Below are positions 43,907 through 52,647 of a stretch of 64,000 nt of DNA, piece after piece. The stretch covers positions 23,575 through 87,574 of the IMG/VR virus record IMGVR_UViG_3300046501_000460; one strand, written 5' to 3'. This DNA comes from a virus. The notes below the pieces were generated by a model. The model was given only the letters and a program-made list of their open reading frames with translations. It ran no database searches and was not told the DNA's origin. The position numbers and the translations under genes were made by a program. Every line of letters starts with the position of its first letter. The first letter of the stretch is position 1.

Positions 43907-46091
43907 GAAAATCACCCTGTCCCACTTCCGCCAGCACCTCGACCGTACGTTTGAATTCGGTCCGGGGCTGAACGCTATTCGCGGCGAAGTCGAGGCTGGA
44001 AAAACCACCATCACCGAAGGCTTCAACTACCTCGTGTTCGGCGTCGGCGCGCTGCGTGAGCGTCTGGAAGACATCGTTACCTACCACCAGCCGGTGTCGA
44101 AGCTGCGTGTCGACGGCGAGATTGAGCATCTGGGCGTCGTCTACAAGGCGCACCGGGCCAAGTCGGGCGCCGAGGTCAGCGCCGGCGGCAAGGTGCTGGT
44201 CACCGGCCAGCGCGAGGTGACGAAATTCTTCGAGCGCCTGTTCGGCACGTCGGCCGACATGGCCGGCAAGCTGATGTTCGCGTCGCAGAAGTCGCTGGCT
44301 GAGTCGCTCAAGGCGGGCCCGACCGAGGCCGGCCGCATGATCGAGGACCTGGCCAACTTCGACCTGATCGATCGCGTGGCGGACGCCATCGCAGCGCGGC
44401 GCCAGACCGGCAACACAGCCGGTGTCGAGGGCCGCATCGCGGCGCTGCAGGCGCAGCTGGTGGAGGAGCCGGCCGAAGACCTTGCGCCGCTGCGTGCCGA
44501 GGTCGAGCAGGCCCAGGCTGCCGTGACCGGCGCCGAGCAGGAACTGACGGCGCTGCGCGCCTCGCGTGCCGAGCTGAACATCGAGCAGGCGAAGCAGATC
44601 GAGCAGCGCAAGGTGCAGCTGGACCGCACGATCGAGGAAGCCACGTTCGAGATCGACGAGATCGACCGCGCACTGGCGCGGCCGGCCGTGCTGGGCCCGT
44701 CCGAGAGGGAACTTGCGGTGGCGCGCGCGGCGGTGGAAGAGGAGAAGCTCTACAGCCGCGCGGCCGCGCTGCACGCCGAGCTGGCGCGCACTGACACTGC
44801 TGAGATGTGGGACGAGTCGCTTGAAGCGCTGGAAGCGGAGATCGAGACGGTGCAGTTACGCATTGCGCTCGAAGGTCAAAATGTCAACAGCAGCGCGCAA
44901 TCGATGATGGACCTGGAGCGCCAGCATGCGGCGGCTGTGCGTGAGAGTGACGTTAAGGTCGCCCAGCTGGAGGGCCGCCTGATCAAGGAGACAACCTGTG
45001 CGCTGTGCCAGAAGGATCTGGCCGACGTGCCGGAAGTGGCGCGCACGAACAACGAGCTGCAGATCCAGATCAACGCGGTCAAGCTGGCGGCGGTCACCTC
45101 CGGCACTGCGCATCGTGAACGCTGGGACGAGCTGGAGGCTGAGCGCCGGACGGCCATGGGCAACTTGCGCGAACAGCAGCAATACCTGAAGGATCTGCAG
45201 GACGTCATCGCCGTCAACGCCAAGGTCGAGCAGCTGTACGCTCGCGCCACGGACTTTATCGCGGTCGACCGCAGCGGCGTCCCGGGCCGCTGGACGTGGA
45301 CCGGCCCGGCCATCTCGACCGAGCGCCCGGACGTCGCTGGCGCGCTGGCGAAGCTGGAGCGCGATCTGCGCGCCGCGACGGTGGACCTCGCCATGCGCAC
45401 CGAGAAGTATTCCCAGCGCGACCGCCTGAAGGCGCGCCGCGACACTGATATCGTCGAGCGTAACGGCCTGCAGCTGCAGGACGCGCTGGAGACGCTTACG
45501 ATGGCGGCGGACCTGGATCAGAAGATTCGTGACGTCGCCGCGCAGCTGTTCAGCCACCAGTCGGTGCTGCAGCGCCTGCAGGCGGACATCAACACCCGGG
45601 AAGCCCTTGCGGCGCAGGCCGCGCGCCAGCTGGAGCAGACGCGCCAGCAACTGGCCGCCGCGCAGGCCGAGCTGGCCGCGATGCAGCGCTACAACCTGCT
45701 GATCAAGAAAGTGCGCGCGGCGCGGCCGGTCATCACGAACAAGCTGTGGAACATCGTGCTGGGTGGTGTCTCGAAGCATCTGTCCGAGATCCGCGACACG
45801 CCGTCGACGATCACGCGTGCCGACGGCACATTCAAGTGCAACGGCTTCCCGGTCTCGGGCCTGTCCGGCTCGGCCGAGGACATGCTGGGCCTGGCCATGC
45901 GCATCACATTGACTCGCACTTTCCTCCCGGGCGCGAACATGCTGCACCTGGACGAGCCGGGCAGTGCGTGTTCCGATGCGCGCGAGACGCGCATGCTGGG
46001 CCTGCTCTCGAAATTGGACTTCGGCCAGATCGTCATGATCAGCCACAACCCGCTGGTCGACGCCGTCGCTGACCGCATCATCAACGTTTGA
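43899..46091 (+). CDS. SbcC/Rad50-like SMC ATPase
   Basis: GEVEAGKT, coiled coils, CALC hook, LSGSAE signature, LDEP, ISH. Confidence 0.92.
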   Translation: MLKKITLSHFRQHLDRTFEFGPGLNAIRGEVEAGKTTITEGFNYLVFGVGALRERLEDIVTYHQPVSKLRVDGEIEHLGVVYKAHRAKSGAEVSAGGKVLVTGQREVTKFFERLFGTSADMAGKLMFASQKSLAESLKAGPTEAGRMIEDLANFDLIDRVADAIAARRQTGNTAGVEGRIAALQAQLVEEPAEDLAPLRAEVEQAQAAVTGAEQELTALRASRAELNIEQAKQIEQRKVQLDRTIEEATFEIDEIDRALARPAVLGPSERELAVARAAVEEEKLYSRAAALHAELARTDTAEMWDESLEALEAEIETVQLRIALEGQNVNSSAQSMMDLERQHAAAVRESDVKVAQLEGRLIKETTCALCQKDLADVPEVARTNNELQIQINAVKLAAVTSGTAHRERWDELEAERRTAMGNLREQQQYLKDLQDVIAVNAKVEQLYARATDFIAVDRSGVPGRWTWTGPAISTERPDVAGALAKLERDLRAATVDLAMRTEKYSQRDRLKARRDTDIVERNGLQLQDALETLTMAADLDQKIRDVAAQLFSHQSVLQRLQADINTREALAAQAARQLEQTRQQLAAAQAELAAMQRYNLLIKKVRAARPVITNKLWNIVLGGVSKHLSEIRDTPSTITRADGTFKCNGFPVSGLSGSAEDMLGLAMRITLTRTFLPGANMLHLDEPGSACSDARETRMLGLLSKLDFGQIVMISHNPLVDAVADRIINV

Positions 46092-46102
46092 AGGAGAAGC
46101 AC

Positions 46103-46351
46103 ATGGAAATTTTCAACCACCCCGCCTGCACGCACACGATCGGCGCCCCATCCGACATGCAGGACGGCAGCTGTGACGCACTGCCGGTGCTGTATCACGA
46201 AAACGAGCATGGAGTGTTCGCCTGGTCGTTCTGGAAGCCGAGTGTCGAGGAACTGAGCGCGCTGAACGCAGGCGGCACCGTGGCGCTGGGCGTGCGCGCC
46301 GTGGGCCGGCAGCATCCAGTCGTCTCGATGGCCGTGGGAGCGCCGGTATGA
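46103..46351 (+). CDS. Hypothetical protein (GAP...C.ALPV...SFWKPS.EEL.ALN.GG)
   Basis: AAGGAG RBS. Confidence 0.8.
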   Translation: MEIFNHPACTHTIGAPSDMQDGSCDALPVLYHENEHGVFAWSFWKPSVEELSALNAGGTVALGVRAVGRQHPVVSMAVGAPV

Positions 46352-46566
46352 CGATCCGCAATTTCGACGGCTGGATCGAGCTGGACGCCTACTGCGAGAA
46401 GTATGGCGAGCGCAAGAACACGGTCCACAAGCGCGTGGCCGACGGCACCTGGGAACGCGGCGTCATCTACGCGTCGCCGTCCGGCAGCGTGACGTACGTG
46501 CACGAGGAGCGTGCCAAGGAATGGCTGGCGGCGCGACCGCCGAAGGGGGAGGGGGTGCAGGGTTAA
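46348..46566 (+). CDS. Excisionase-like winged-helix protein
   Basis: YCEKYGE...V..R...G.W..G; EW near C-terminus. Confidence 0.6.
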   Translation: MTIRNFDGWIELDAYCEKYGERKNTVHKRVADGTWERGVIYASPSGSVTYVHEERAKEWLAARPPKGEGVQG

Positions 46567-47360
46567 AACAGTCTGCCAAATGTCCGAGCGAACTCGTACG
46601 GGCATTTGGCATTCTTGCGCAGGTTGCAGGGTCCGCAGGCGATGACGAGGTTAGAGACGGCGTGCTTTCCACCTTTCGACAGCGGGACGTAGTGGTCGAC
46701 GTGGTATCCGGCAGTGCAGGGAATGCCGCACCAGTGGCATACCTTCGGTGCGGCGGCGACCCAGGCCGCAACAGCAGCCGTCGAATCGCCTCCAGCTTCC
46801 TGGGCGCGCCGGCGGGCTTTGTAGGTCATCGAGATGACTCTGCGCTTTTCAGGGTTCTCCGCAGCCCATCTCTTAGCGCGAGCTAGTGCCGCCTGACGGG
46901 CGGCAGTATTTGAGGCGTAGGCCGCGGTTATTCTGCTTTTGTTGGCTAATTCCCACTGTCGCTTCGATTTCTTTCTGGTCGGATCGGTCTGAGCAGCGAG
47001 TGTGCAATTTACGCACTGCCCATTGCTCGCGTACCGGACACTGCCCAGGCAGGTAGAGCAAACACTGCCAACAAACCGAACAGCACCGGTTAGCTTAGCT
47101 TTTTGCCTCTCTGTAAGTGGTTTGGGCGGTTTTGGTGGTAGAAGGGCGGCCTTTTCAGCCCGGAGCGAATTTGCTCTGGCTTTCTGTTCCGGAGTACGAT
47201 TCTTGCTGCGGAACTTCAAGCACTCTGCACAGCTGCCGGTAGTCACATAGCGACTGGATATGTGGCCTTTCGGGCAGGGATTTCCGGTGAAATACTGAGA
47301 AGCCCCTGCGACCTTCGCCGCGCTTCTGGCTTCACGATTTCGCAAACGTTCAGTAGTCAC
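46563..47360 (-). CDS. HNH homing endonuclease (same family as 24540-25148)
   Basis: YFTG.PC.KGH...RYV..G.C.EC; CHWC...HVDHYVPLSKGG.H..SNLVIAC..CN.RK. Confidence 0.92.
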   Translation of the reverse strand: MTTERLRNREARSAAKVAGASQYFTGNPCPKGHISSRYVTTGSCAECLKFRSKNRTPEQKARANSLRAEKAALLPPKPPKPLTERQKAKLTGAVRFVGSVCSTCLGSVRYASNGQCVNCTLAAQTDPTRKKSKRQWELANKSRITAAYASNTAARQAALARAKRWAAENPEKRRVISMTYKARRRAQEAGGDSTAAVAAWVAAAPKVCHWCGIPCTAGYHVDHYVPLSKGGKHAVSNLVIACGPCNLRKNAKCPYEFARTFGRLF

Positions 47361-48121
47361 TTTTTGTACTTTTCTTTTACGTCGCTCAGCGGAATAAAGT
47401 GCTCGTCAAACTGCCCGTTTTTGACGTTCCTCATCATCAGCAGACCGTGCCAATGTTTATTGCCCTGCGGGCCCAGATATTCTTCCTGTGCCTCGTAGCA
47501 GCTGCCGGCGATTACTGCTGTAATCTGCCTGCCGTCGGCGCAAAAGGCGGTCGCCATTTGGCGACCTTGTTGATGACCTGCCACCATGCTCATATGCCGC
47601 TTATTCAGCATAGCCTGGGCAGATGATGCCGGTCGGCCCATTGTACCGGAAACGAAATAATGGCTGAAACAAACCCCCTCGATTACAACAACCTCGAGGA
47701 AGGGGTACACCTCCCAACCGTAGTCGGAATATCTCAAATCCTCGGTAGAGATCGCCCCAGCGAGAAAAGGCTCACCCTGGATCGCACGATTAATGCGATT
47801 CTCGTGATTGCCCAAGGTCATCACCAGCCTCGGCCTGTAGATAGCGTGCTTGCTAGATAAGCGGCGCAGGTTGTACTCCCGCAGCGGCCCAAGCAGTGCT
47901 TCCATCGCCTGGTGCGTGGCCTCGACGTCGGCCCGGTAGCGGCGACCCTCAAAAGACAGCTTGCCGCGGTCGTAGCTGCTAAGTGACGGGACATCAGAGA
48001 AATCGCCAGCATGAACTACCACATCAGGCTTTTCGGCCACGATCATGCGACCGATACAGCGCAGGAATTCAAAATCCTGACCAGGCTTCACCTGCGTGTC
48101 CGGGATAAAGAGGATGTTCAT
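47357..48121 (-). CDS. Calcineurin-like metallophosphoesterase
   Basis: PDTQ, GDFSD, GNHE, SH, GHQQ. Confidence 0.9.
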   Translation of the reverse strand: MNILFIPDTQVKPGQDFEFLRCIGRMIVAEKPDVVVHAGDFSDVPSLSSYDRGKLSFEGRRYRADVEATHQAMEALLGPLREYNLRRLSSKHAIYRPRLVMTLGNHENRINRAIQGEPFLAGAISTEDLRYSDYGWEVYPFLEVVVIEGVCFSHYFVSGTMGRPASSAQAMLNKRHMSMVAGHQQGRQMATAFCADGRQITAVIAGSCYEAQEEYLGPQGNKHWHGLLMMRNVKNGQFDEHFIPLSDVKEKYKK

Positions 48122-48259
48122 TCAGTCGTCCGGAAAAGTGATGTGACCGTCGAACACGGTCCCGATCAGGATTGGCACCACCTCGATGGTGCCGTCCTCC
48201 TGGATCTGCGGCTCAAGGACGTACAGCTCCAGCGCGATACCAGTCTCCTGGCTTGCCAT
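48122..48259 (-). CDS. Small acidic protein (45 aa, MASQETGIALELYVLEPQ...)
   Basis: AGGAG RBS; stop abuts phosphoesterase start. Confidence 0.55.
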   Translation of the reverse strand: MASQETGIALELYVLEPQIQEDGTIEVVPILIGTVFDGHITFPDD

Positions 48260-48752
48260 TGAAGGTCTCCTGCTGGCGCGCGTAGAATTCGCGCCAGCCT
48301 AGTGCTTGCTCGCGCCAGACGCGGCAGCTTGCGGCGTTGTGGATTTCTGCGGCGGCAAGGTCAGTAAAACGAATTCCGGAGGGTTCTCCGTCAGCGTCGC
48401 TGGCGGGTCCAGCAGGATCGCCAGACCACCCGGCGACGGCGACGCGCACGAAGCCAACAGGAACAGCAAACTCAGCATCCACGCGAGGTGGAATGAAACG
48501 TGGGATGTCAGCTTCAACGGTTTTCTCCTGGACGTAGATCTTCTGGATGCGGTCCTTGTAGACGGTCTGGACCTGCGTCACCGTCTGCACCTCGTGCTTG
48601 ACGATGGTGACGACCTTGGCGGCCTTGGCGGCCTGCACGGCCGTCTCGTGGCGCGCCTCGTGCAGGGCTCCGGCGGCGTAGCTGGCGGCCGACAGCGCGG
48701 CGATGGCGCCCCAACGGGCCCAAGCCGGCACGACCATCGACAGGATGCTCAC
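48213..48752 (-). CDS. i-spanin (Rz-like)
   Basis: N-terminal TM segment, V.T.Y.DRI..I, VP.GFVR; follows endolysin. Confidence 0.8.
   Translation of the reverse strand: MSILSMVVPAWARWGAIAALSAASYAAGALHEARHETAVQAAKAAKVVTIVKHEVQTVTQVQTVYKDRIQKIYVQEKTVEADIPRFIPPRVDAEFAVPVGFVRVAVAGWSGDPAGPASDADGEPSGIRFTDLAAAEIHNAASCRVWREQALGWREFYARQQETFNGKPGDWYRAGAVRP
48299..48517 (-). CDS. o-spanin (Rz1-like lipoprotein) embedded in Rz
   Basis: AGGAG RBS + TTG; lipobox LLASC; Pro-rich. Confidence 0.75.
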   Translation of the reverse strand: MKLTSHVSFHLAWMLSLLFLLASCASPSPGGLAILLDPPATLTENPPEFVLLTLPPQKSTTPQAAASGASKH

Positions 48753-48841
48753 AGCACCCACCAGAAAACGGCAGCGGCGATGGCGCCGGCGGCAGCCAGC
48801 CCGATGTGAGCGCCGATCATGAAACAGGCGAAGAGGCTCAT
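48749..48841 (-). CDS. 30-aa single-TM peptide in lysis cassette
   Basis: ATGA/GTGA overlaps at both ends; AAGGAG RBS. Confidence 0.6.
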   Translation of the reverse strand: MSLFACFMIGAHIGLAAAGAIAAAVFWWVL

Positions 48842-49479
48842 GCGATCTCCTTGATGGTCGCGACCGTCAAGTCGAGCCGGGACTGCAGCCCGAGGTCGCC
48901 GCCGTTCACGCGCTGGCTGACCAGTGCGTACTGGCCGCGATTGGATAGTTCGCTCAGGCCGTTGGTCTGCCAGAACCAGGCGAAGGCCATGAGGCCAATC
49001 TCCAGCTGTGCGACCTGATCCGGGCTCGCCGCAAGGTCGAGGCCCAGCGCCTTGCCGCACAGCCGGTAATTGCTGGCACCAGTCAGCTGGCCCGGGCCGC
49101 GGCCGCGAAAGCGCCAGCCATCGCCCGACTCGACCGAGCCGTTGCCCATCCGGTTGGCGTACGCCACGTTGGCGATCATCTGCTGGTTGGCCGGCTTCCC
49201 CAGGCTATCGATGCGGCCGTACATGGCTGCCTGCTCGGGCGTGAAGCGCTTCGGCCAGATCTTCCGCAGTGCATCAGCCGTGTAATTCAGGTTCTCGACC
49301 ATGCGCGTAAAGCCGAGCGACTCGTGCAGCGCCTGGGCGATGAAGCTGCCCTGGTCCTGCAGCGTCTCAATCCCGAAACGGGGCATGATCTTGTTCAGTG
49401 CGGCGGCCGCGTCGATGGCGGTCGCCGGGCCGATGGTTCGGATGATGCGCTTGAGCGCTTCAGGCGTTACCGGCTTCAT
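48838..49479 (-). CDS. Endolysin, glycoside hydrolase family 19
   Basis: FIAQ..HES, ENLNY, YANRMGNG...SGDGW.FRGRG..QLTG..NY, VNGG..G...R. Confidence 0.93.
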   Translation of the reverse strand: MKPVTPEALKRIIRTIGPATAIDAAAALNKIMPRFGIETLQDQGSFIAQALHESLGFTRMVENLNYTADALRKIWPKRFTPEQAAMYGRIDSLGKPANQQMIANVAYANRMGNGSVESGDGWRFRGRGPGQLTGASNYRLCGKALGLDLAASPDQVAQLEIGLMAFAWFWQTNGLSELSNRGQYALVSQRVNGGDLGLQSRLDLTVATIKEIA

Positions 49480-49723
49480 TGCTGGCTTTCAGCAGGCGGT
49501 AGCGCACGGCGACGCTCAGCACGATGCTGGTAATGACGACAGCGGCGCCCATGGCTTTGTAGATGTTGTCCGGCAGGTACTCCCGCAGCGCCGGCAGCTG
49601 CGCGGCGACGGCGCCCTTGATCTCGGCGGCGAACGGCAGAGCCGCCAGCAGGGTCACCTTGACCCACGTGAGCGCCTTCTTGGCCTCGGCCTTGACGGCA
49701 TCCTTGAAGTTACGGAGATTCAT
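49460..49723 (-). CDS. Holin-like membrane protein
   Basis: Two hydrophobic segments, directly upstream of endolysin. Confidence 0.6.
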   Translation of the reverse strand: MNLRNFKDAVKAEAKKALTWVKVTLLAALPFAAEIKGAVAAQLPALREYLPDNIYKAMGAAVVITSIVLSVAVRYRLLKASNEAGNA

Positions 49724-49964
49724 TTGATTCCTCCTTCTTGGCGCGGCGCCGCGCCAGCCAGTTCTGCACCGCCTGCGTTTCGTAAAGCCGAATGCAGGAC
49801 CATGCGAATGTCGTAATTGTTGTCAGTACCGTCATCACTTCAGGCAGCAGCCTGAACAGGCTGGCGACAAAGGTACCGACAACTGCCACATCAAGATGTG
49901 GCTTGACTGGTGCGATCGTTTCCCAGGCATGGAGCCAGGAGTGTTTGAGTTCTGCCAGGCTCAT
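49710..49964 (-). CDS. Holin/antiholin-like membrane protein
   Basis: Hydrophobic core, W..IR.YET..VQ, basic C-tail. Confidence 0.65.
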   Translation of the reverse strand: MSLAELKHSWLHAWETIAPVKPHLDVAVVGTFVASLFRLLPEVMTVLTTITTFAWSCIRLYETQAVQNWLARRRAKKEESNESP

Positions 49965-50037
49965 GTATGTCCCAAAGTTGATTAGAGGAATTTTATAGAT
50001 TGGCGACAATGCCGTCCAGCAATAACCATGCCTGTGG

Positions 50038-50571
50038 TTAATTTCCGACAGGAAACTTCAGGGTGAGCTCCGCGCATAGGTCGCCCGGCGACAGCGTGCG
50101 GTCGTGCTCGACCCACGCTGTCGGCGGCGTTAGGCCGGCACGCGCCATCAGCGCGGCGGCCATCTCATAGATTTGGATCGAACCGCCGGAGCAGACGACC
50201 ACCTTGCGCCAGTGGATGAAGGCCTTCACGCCAAGCAGGCTCTTCAGCCCGATCAGGACGAACGCGGCGAAGCCGTACGAGATCGGGCTGGCCAGCCAGT
50301 TGAAAGTCGCCTGCTCGATGCTGTCGCGCTCCAGTCCGGCCGGCGGCGCGAACACGTCGAACTTCCCAAGTTGTGACAGCGGATGCAGGGCGTTGCGCCC
50401 GCTGTTCAGGTCGGCCATGAACAGCCGGTCGTCCAGCCACACGGCCACACCGGTGTGCGTGTAGGGTGAATGGGTGAAGAGCGTCGTCAGGCGGCCCAGC
50501 AGACCGTGCACATCGCGCACGCCGATCAGGTCGCCAGTCTGGATTTTGCTGCGCGCGGTCTGGTAGTCCAT
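50038..50571 (-). CDS. Permuted NlpC/P60 (YiiX/YebB-like) amidase/peptidase
   Basis: GDLI, YTHTGV (His precedes Cys), VCS, SPGDL. Confidence 0.8.
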   Translation of the reverse strand: MDYQTARSKIQTGDLIGVRDVHGLLGRLTTLFTHSPYTHTGVAVWLDDRLFMADLNSGRNALHPLSQLGKFDVFAPPAGLERDSIEQATFNWLASPISYGFAAFVLIGLKSLLGVKAFIHWRKVVVCSGGSIQIYEMAAALMARAGLTPPTAWVEHDRTLSPGDLCAELTLKFPVGN

Positions 50572-50578
50572 AGTGCCC

Positions 50579-51895
50579 TCAGATGGATTCGACCTCGACG
50601 GTTGCCGAGGCGATGTTGAAGTAGGGGAGGGCCATGGCTGGCAGTTGCACCAGCTTGCCGTAGACCTGGTGATCGCGCTCGAGCGCAAGGTCCGTGTGCC
50701 CGGGGAACATGCTCACGAAGATCGGGTAGCGCAAACCGCTGGAGCGCAGGATCGACCACAACGTGGCGCGGTCGGCTGGCGCCAGCTTGGACAGTGGTAG
50801 GCTGATGCGACGGCTGATGGTCCCAGCATCGCTGATCAGGTCGCCGGCGTCGTTGCGCGCATTCTTGGTCGAGTCGACCGGCGTGGCGCTGGCGCCATAA
50901 TCGAAGTTGATCGCTGGCTCCCAGTACAGGCCCGCCACCAGCTGCGAGACCTCGATGTATCCGACAAGGTTGTTGGTGTCCGTGATGTCGATCGCAAGTC
51001 CTGTGGCCTGCTGCGACGCCGGGATCCAGTGGCGTGCGCATGCGCCACCACCGAACGCGTAAGCGCTGGCAGCCTGCGCCGCGGTAAAGCCGCGCAGTGA
51101 TACCGCCGGCGCCGGGCAGGCCAGCACAGCGCCGCTGTCGTAGCTGTAGGTCTGCCAGGTATCGATGTAGCCGGTCGGTCGTGTGGCCTGTGCGCCGGAG
51201 GTCGGGTAGTGGCTGCTGGCAGAAGCCCCTAGCTCAAGCTGCGCGCCCCATATGTAAAAGGTCTGCGGCGCCGCGGCCACTCCGACCCAGTACGTCCCAG
51301 AGGAGCCGGGCGTAAAGGTTCGGGAGATCCGCTGCAGCGTGGCGCTCGCTGCGATCGTGGAAGCGGACGATGGGACGGCGACGTTCGACGTCCCAAAGCC
51401 GATACTCACTGAACCCGACGAGGCGACCCAGCATGAGAACGTGTACGTCAGACCGGCGGTCAGGGCCACCGCGTAGCCCACGCCCGAATTGCCGGACGAT
51501 ACAACGACCTTGTCGACAGTCACGGTGCCATCTGGCGCCGTGTAGGTTGCGTCATTGGCTGTCACCGTCGCAGATCCGCCCCAGCGCGTACCCCAGTTCA
51601 CGTGGTCGAACTGCGAGGAGAACGGCAGAAGATTTGTGACGGCTATCTCGTTCGTCGTGCGCACGCGCAGCGTGGCGGTCGGCGACAGGTTGCAGAAGGG
51701 TAAAGCCACTGCCTGGATCGGCTCGGCAGCCGCCCACACGGCTCGGACCGAAGCAAAAGTCCCGGCGACGGCGCGCCACACATCCGACTTGCGCTGACTT
51801 TGCAGATTGGTCACGCCGAAGTTCACCGCGGTGTACAGTGAGCTCAGGGTGGCACGGTCGATCGCGTTGTCGTGGATGACGCGGAGGTTGGGCAT
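50579..51895 (-). CDS. Tail-tip (distal-tail-like) protein with inserted carbohydrate-binding domain
   Basis: W.P..N.DYG; insert TNLL..S.QFD...APDGT...WGAQLE.G..A. Confidence 0.7.
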   Translation of the reverse strand: MPNLRVIHDNAIDRATLSSLYTAVNFGVTNLQSQRKSDVWRAVAGTFASVRAVWAAAEPIQAVALPFCNLSPTATLRVRTTNEIAVTNLLPFSSQFDHVNWGTRWGGSATVTANDATYTAPDGTVTVDKVVVSSGNSGVGYAVALTAGLTYTFSCWVASSGSVSIGFGTSNVAVPSSASTIAASATLQRISRTFTPGSSGTYWVGVAAAPQTFYIWGAQLELGASASSHYPTSGAQATRPTGYIDTWQTYSYDSGAVLACPAPAVSLRGFTAAQAASAYAFGGGACARHWIPASQQATGLAIDITDTNNLVGYIEVSQLVAGLYWEPAINFDYGASATPVDSTKNARNDAGDLISDAGTISRRISLPLSKLAPADRATLWSILRSSGLRYPIFVSMFPGHTDLALERDHQVYGKLVQLPAMALPYFNIASATVEVESI

Positions 51896-51951
51896 GGTAG
51901 TTCCGGCAGGAAAAATTTCCTACCGAAAATACCACAAGCCGGGCTGTTTGG

Positions 51952-52638
51952 CTATGTCGGCGTCAGGCCCCAGTAGATCGCGTCGACGTCATCCACCGTA
52001 CCCGCTGCTGCCACCTGCTGCTTCAGCCACTGCGAGTACAGAAAATTGCTTTGGCCCTGATTTACCATCGCAGCGTAGAAGGCCTTCCAGTCGTCGAGAG
52101 TCTCGATCGGCACGAAGCTGTTGTCGGCCGCCTTCCATTTCCCGACCCAGCCCGGCGGAAAGTCACCCATCAGGGCTACGTAACCATTGACGCCGTCAAT
52201 GTCGCCGCGGCTGAGCGCATCGCAGGCGATCGCCTTGTCCGCGTAGGTGAACGACGACGTGTTCGCGGCAAGCCGTGCCCGGTTGATCTCGGCAAGCCTT
52301 CGCGCCTTCGCAACGTCCAGATCTAGGTCAGCACTGTCTTCTAGTGCGTCCTGAACATACTGACCGACAAACGGCTCGTAGTTTTTCATCGCCGAATAAA
52401 AGCCGGGCATGGTGCCGTTTCTGGGGTCCGTCTGAAGATCCGAAAATGGAATATTTACACGGTATTGGCAGATTGGGTCTTTAACCGACACCCGGATATC
52501 CTGGTTAGCGTAAAAGCCTACCCATATTTCCCAGCGCGGCACGGGCTCACCCGGAGAGCAGATACCCTCAATTCGAAGGACGCGAAAGTAATTGCCTTTC
52601 GCCCCATTTGCGGCCGTGTGTTCCATTATAAGCGCCAT
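51952..52638 (-). CDS. DUF4376-type tail fibre assembly protein
   Basis: KA....EIN..R....F.Y, WK.ADN, LK..V.AA.T...V.AI.W. Confidence 0.75.
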   Translation of the reverse strand: MALIMEHTAANGAKGNYFRVLRIEGICSPGEPVPRWEIWVGFYANQDIRVSVKDPICQYRVNIPFSDLQTDPRNGTMPGFYSAMKNYEPFVGQYVQDALEDSADLDLDVAKARRLAEINRARLAANTSSFTYADKAIACDALSRGDIDGVNGYVALMGDFPPGWVGKWKAADNSFVPIETLDDWKAFYAAMVNQGQSNFLYSQWLKQQVAAAGTVDDVDAIYWGLTPT

Positions 52639-52647
52639 GCTATACCC

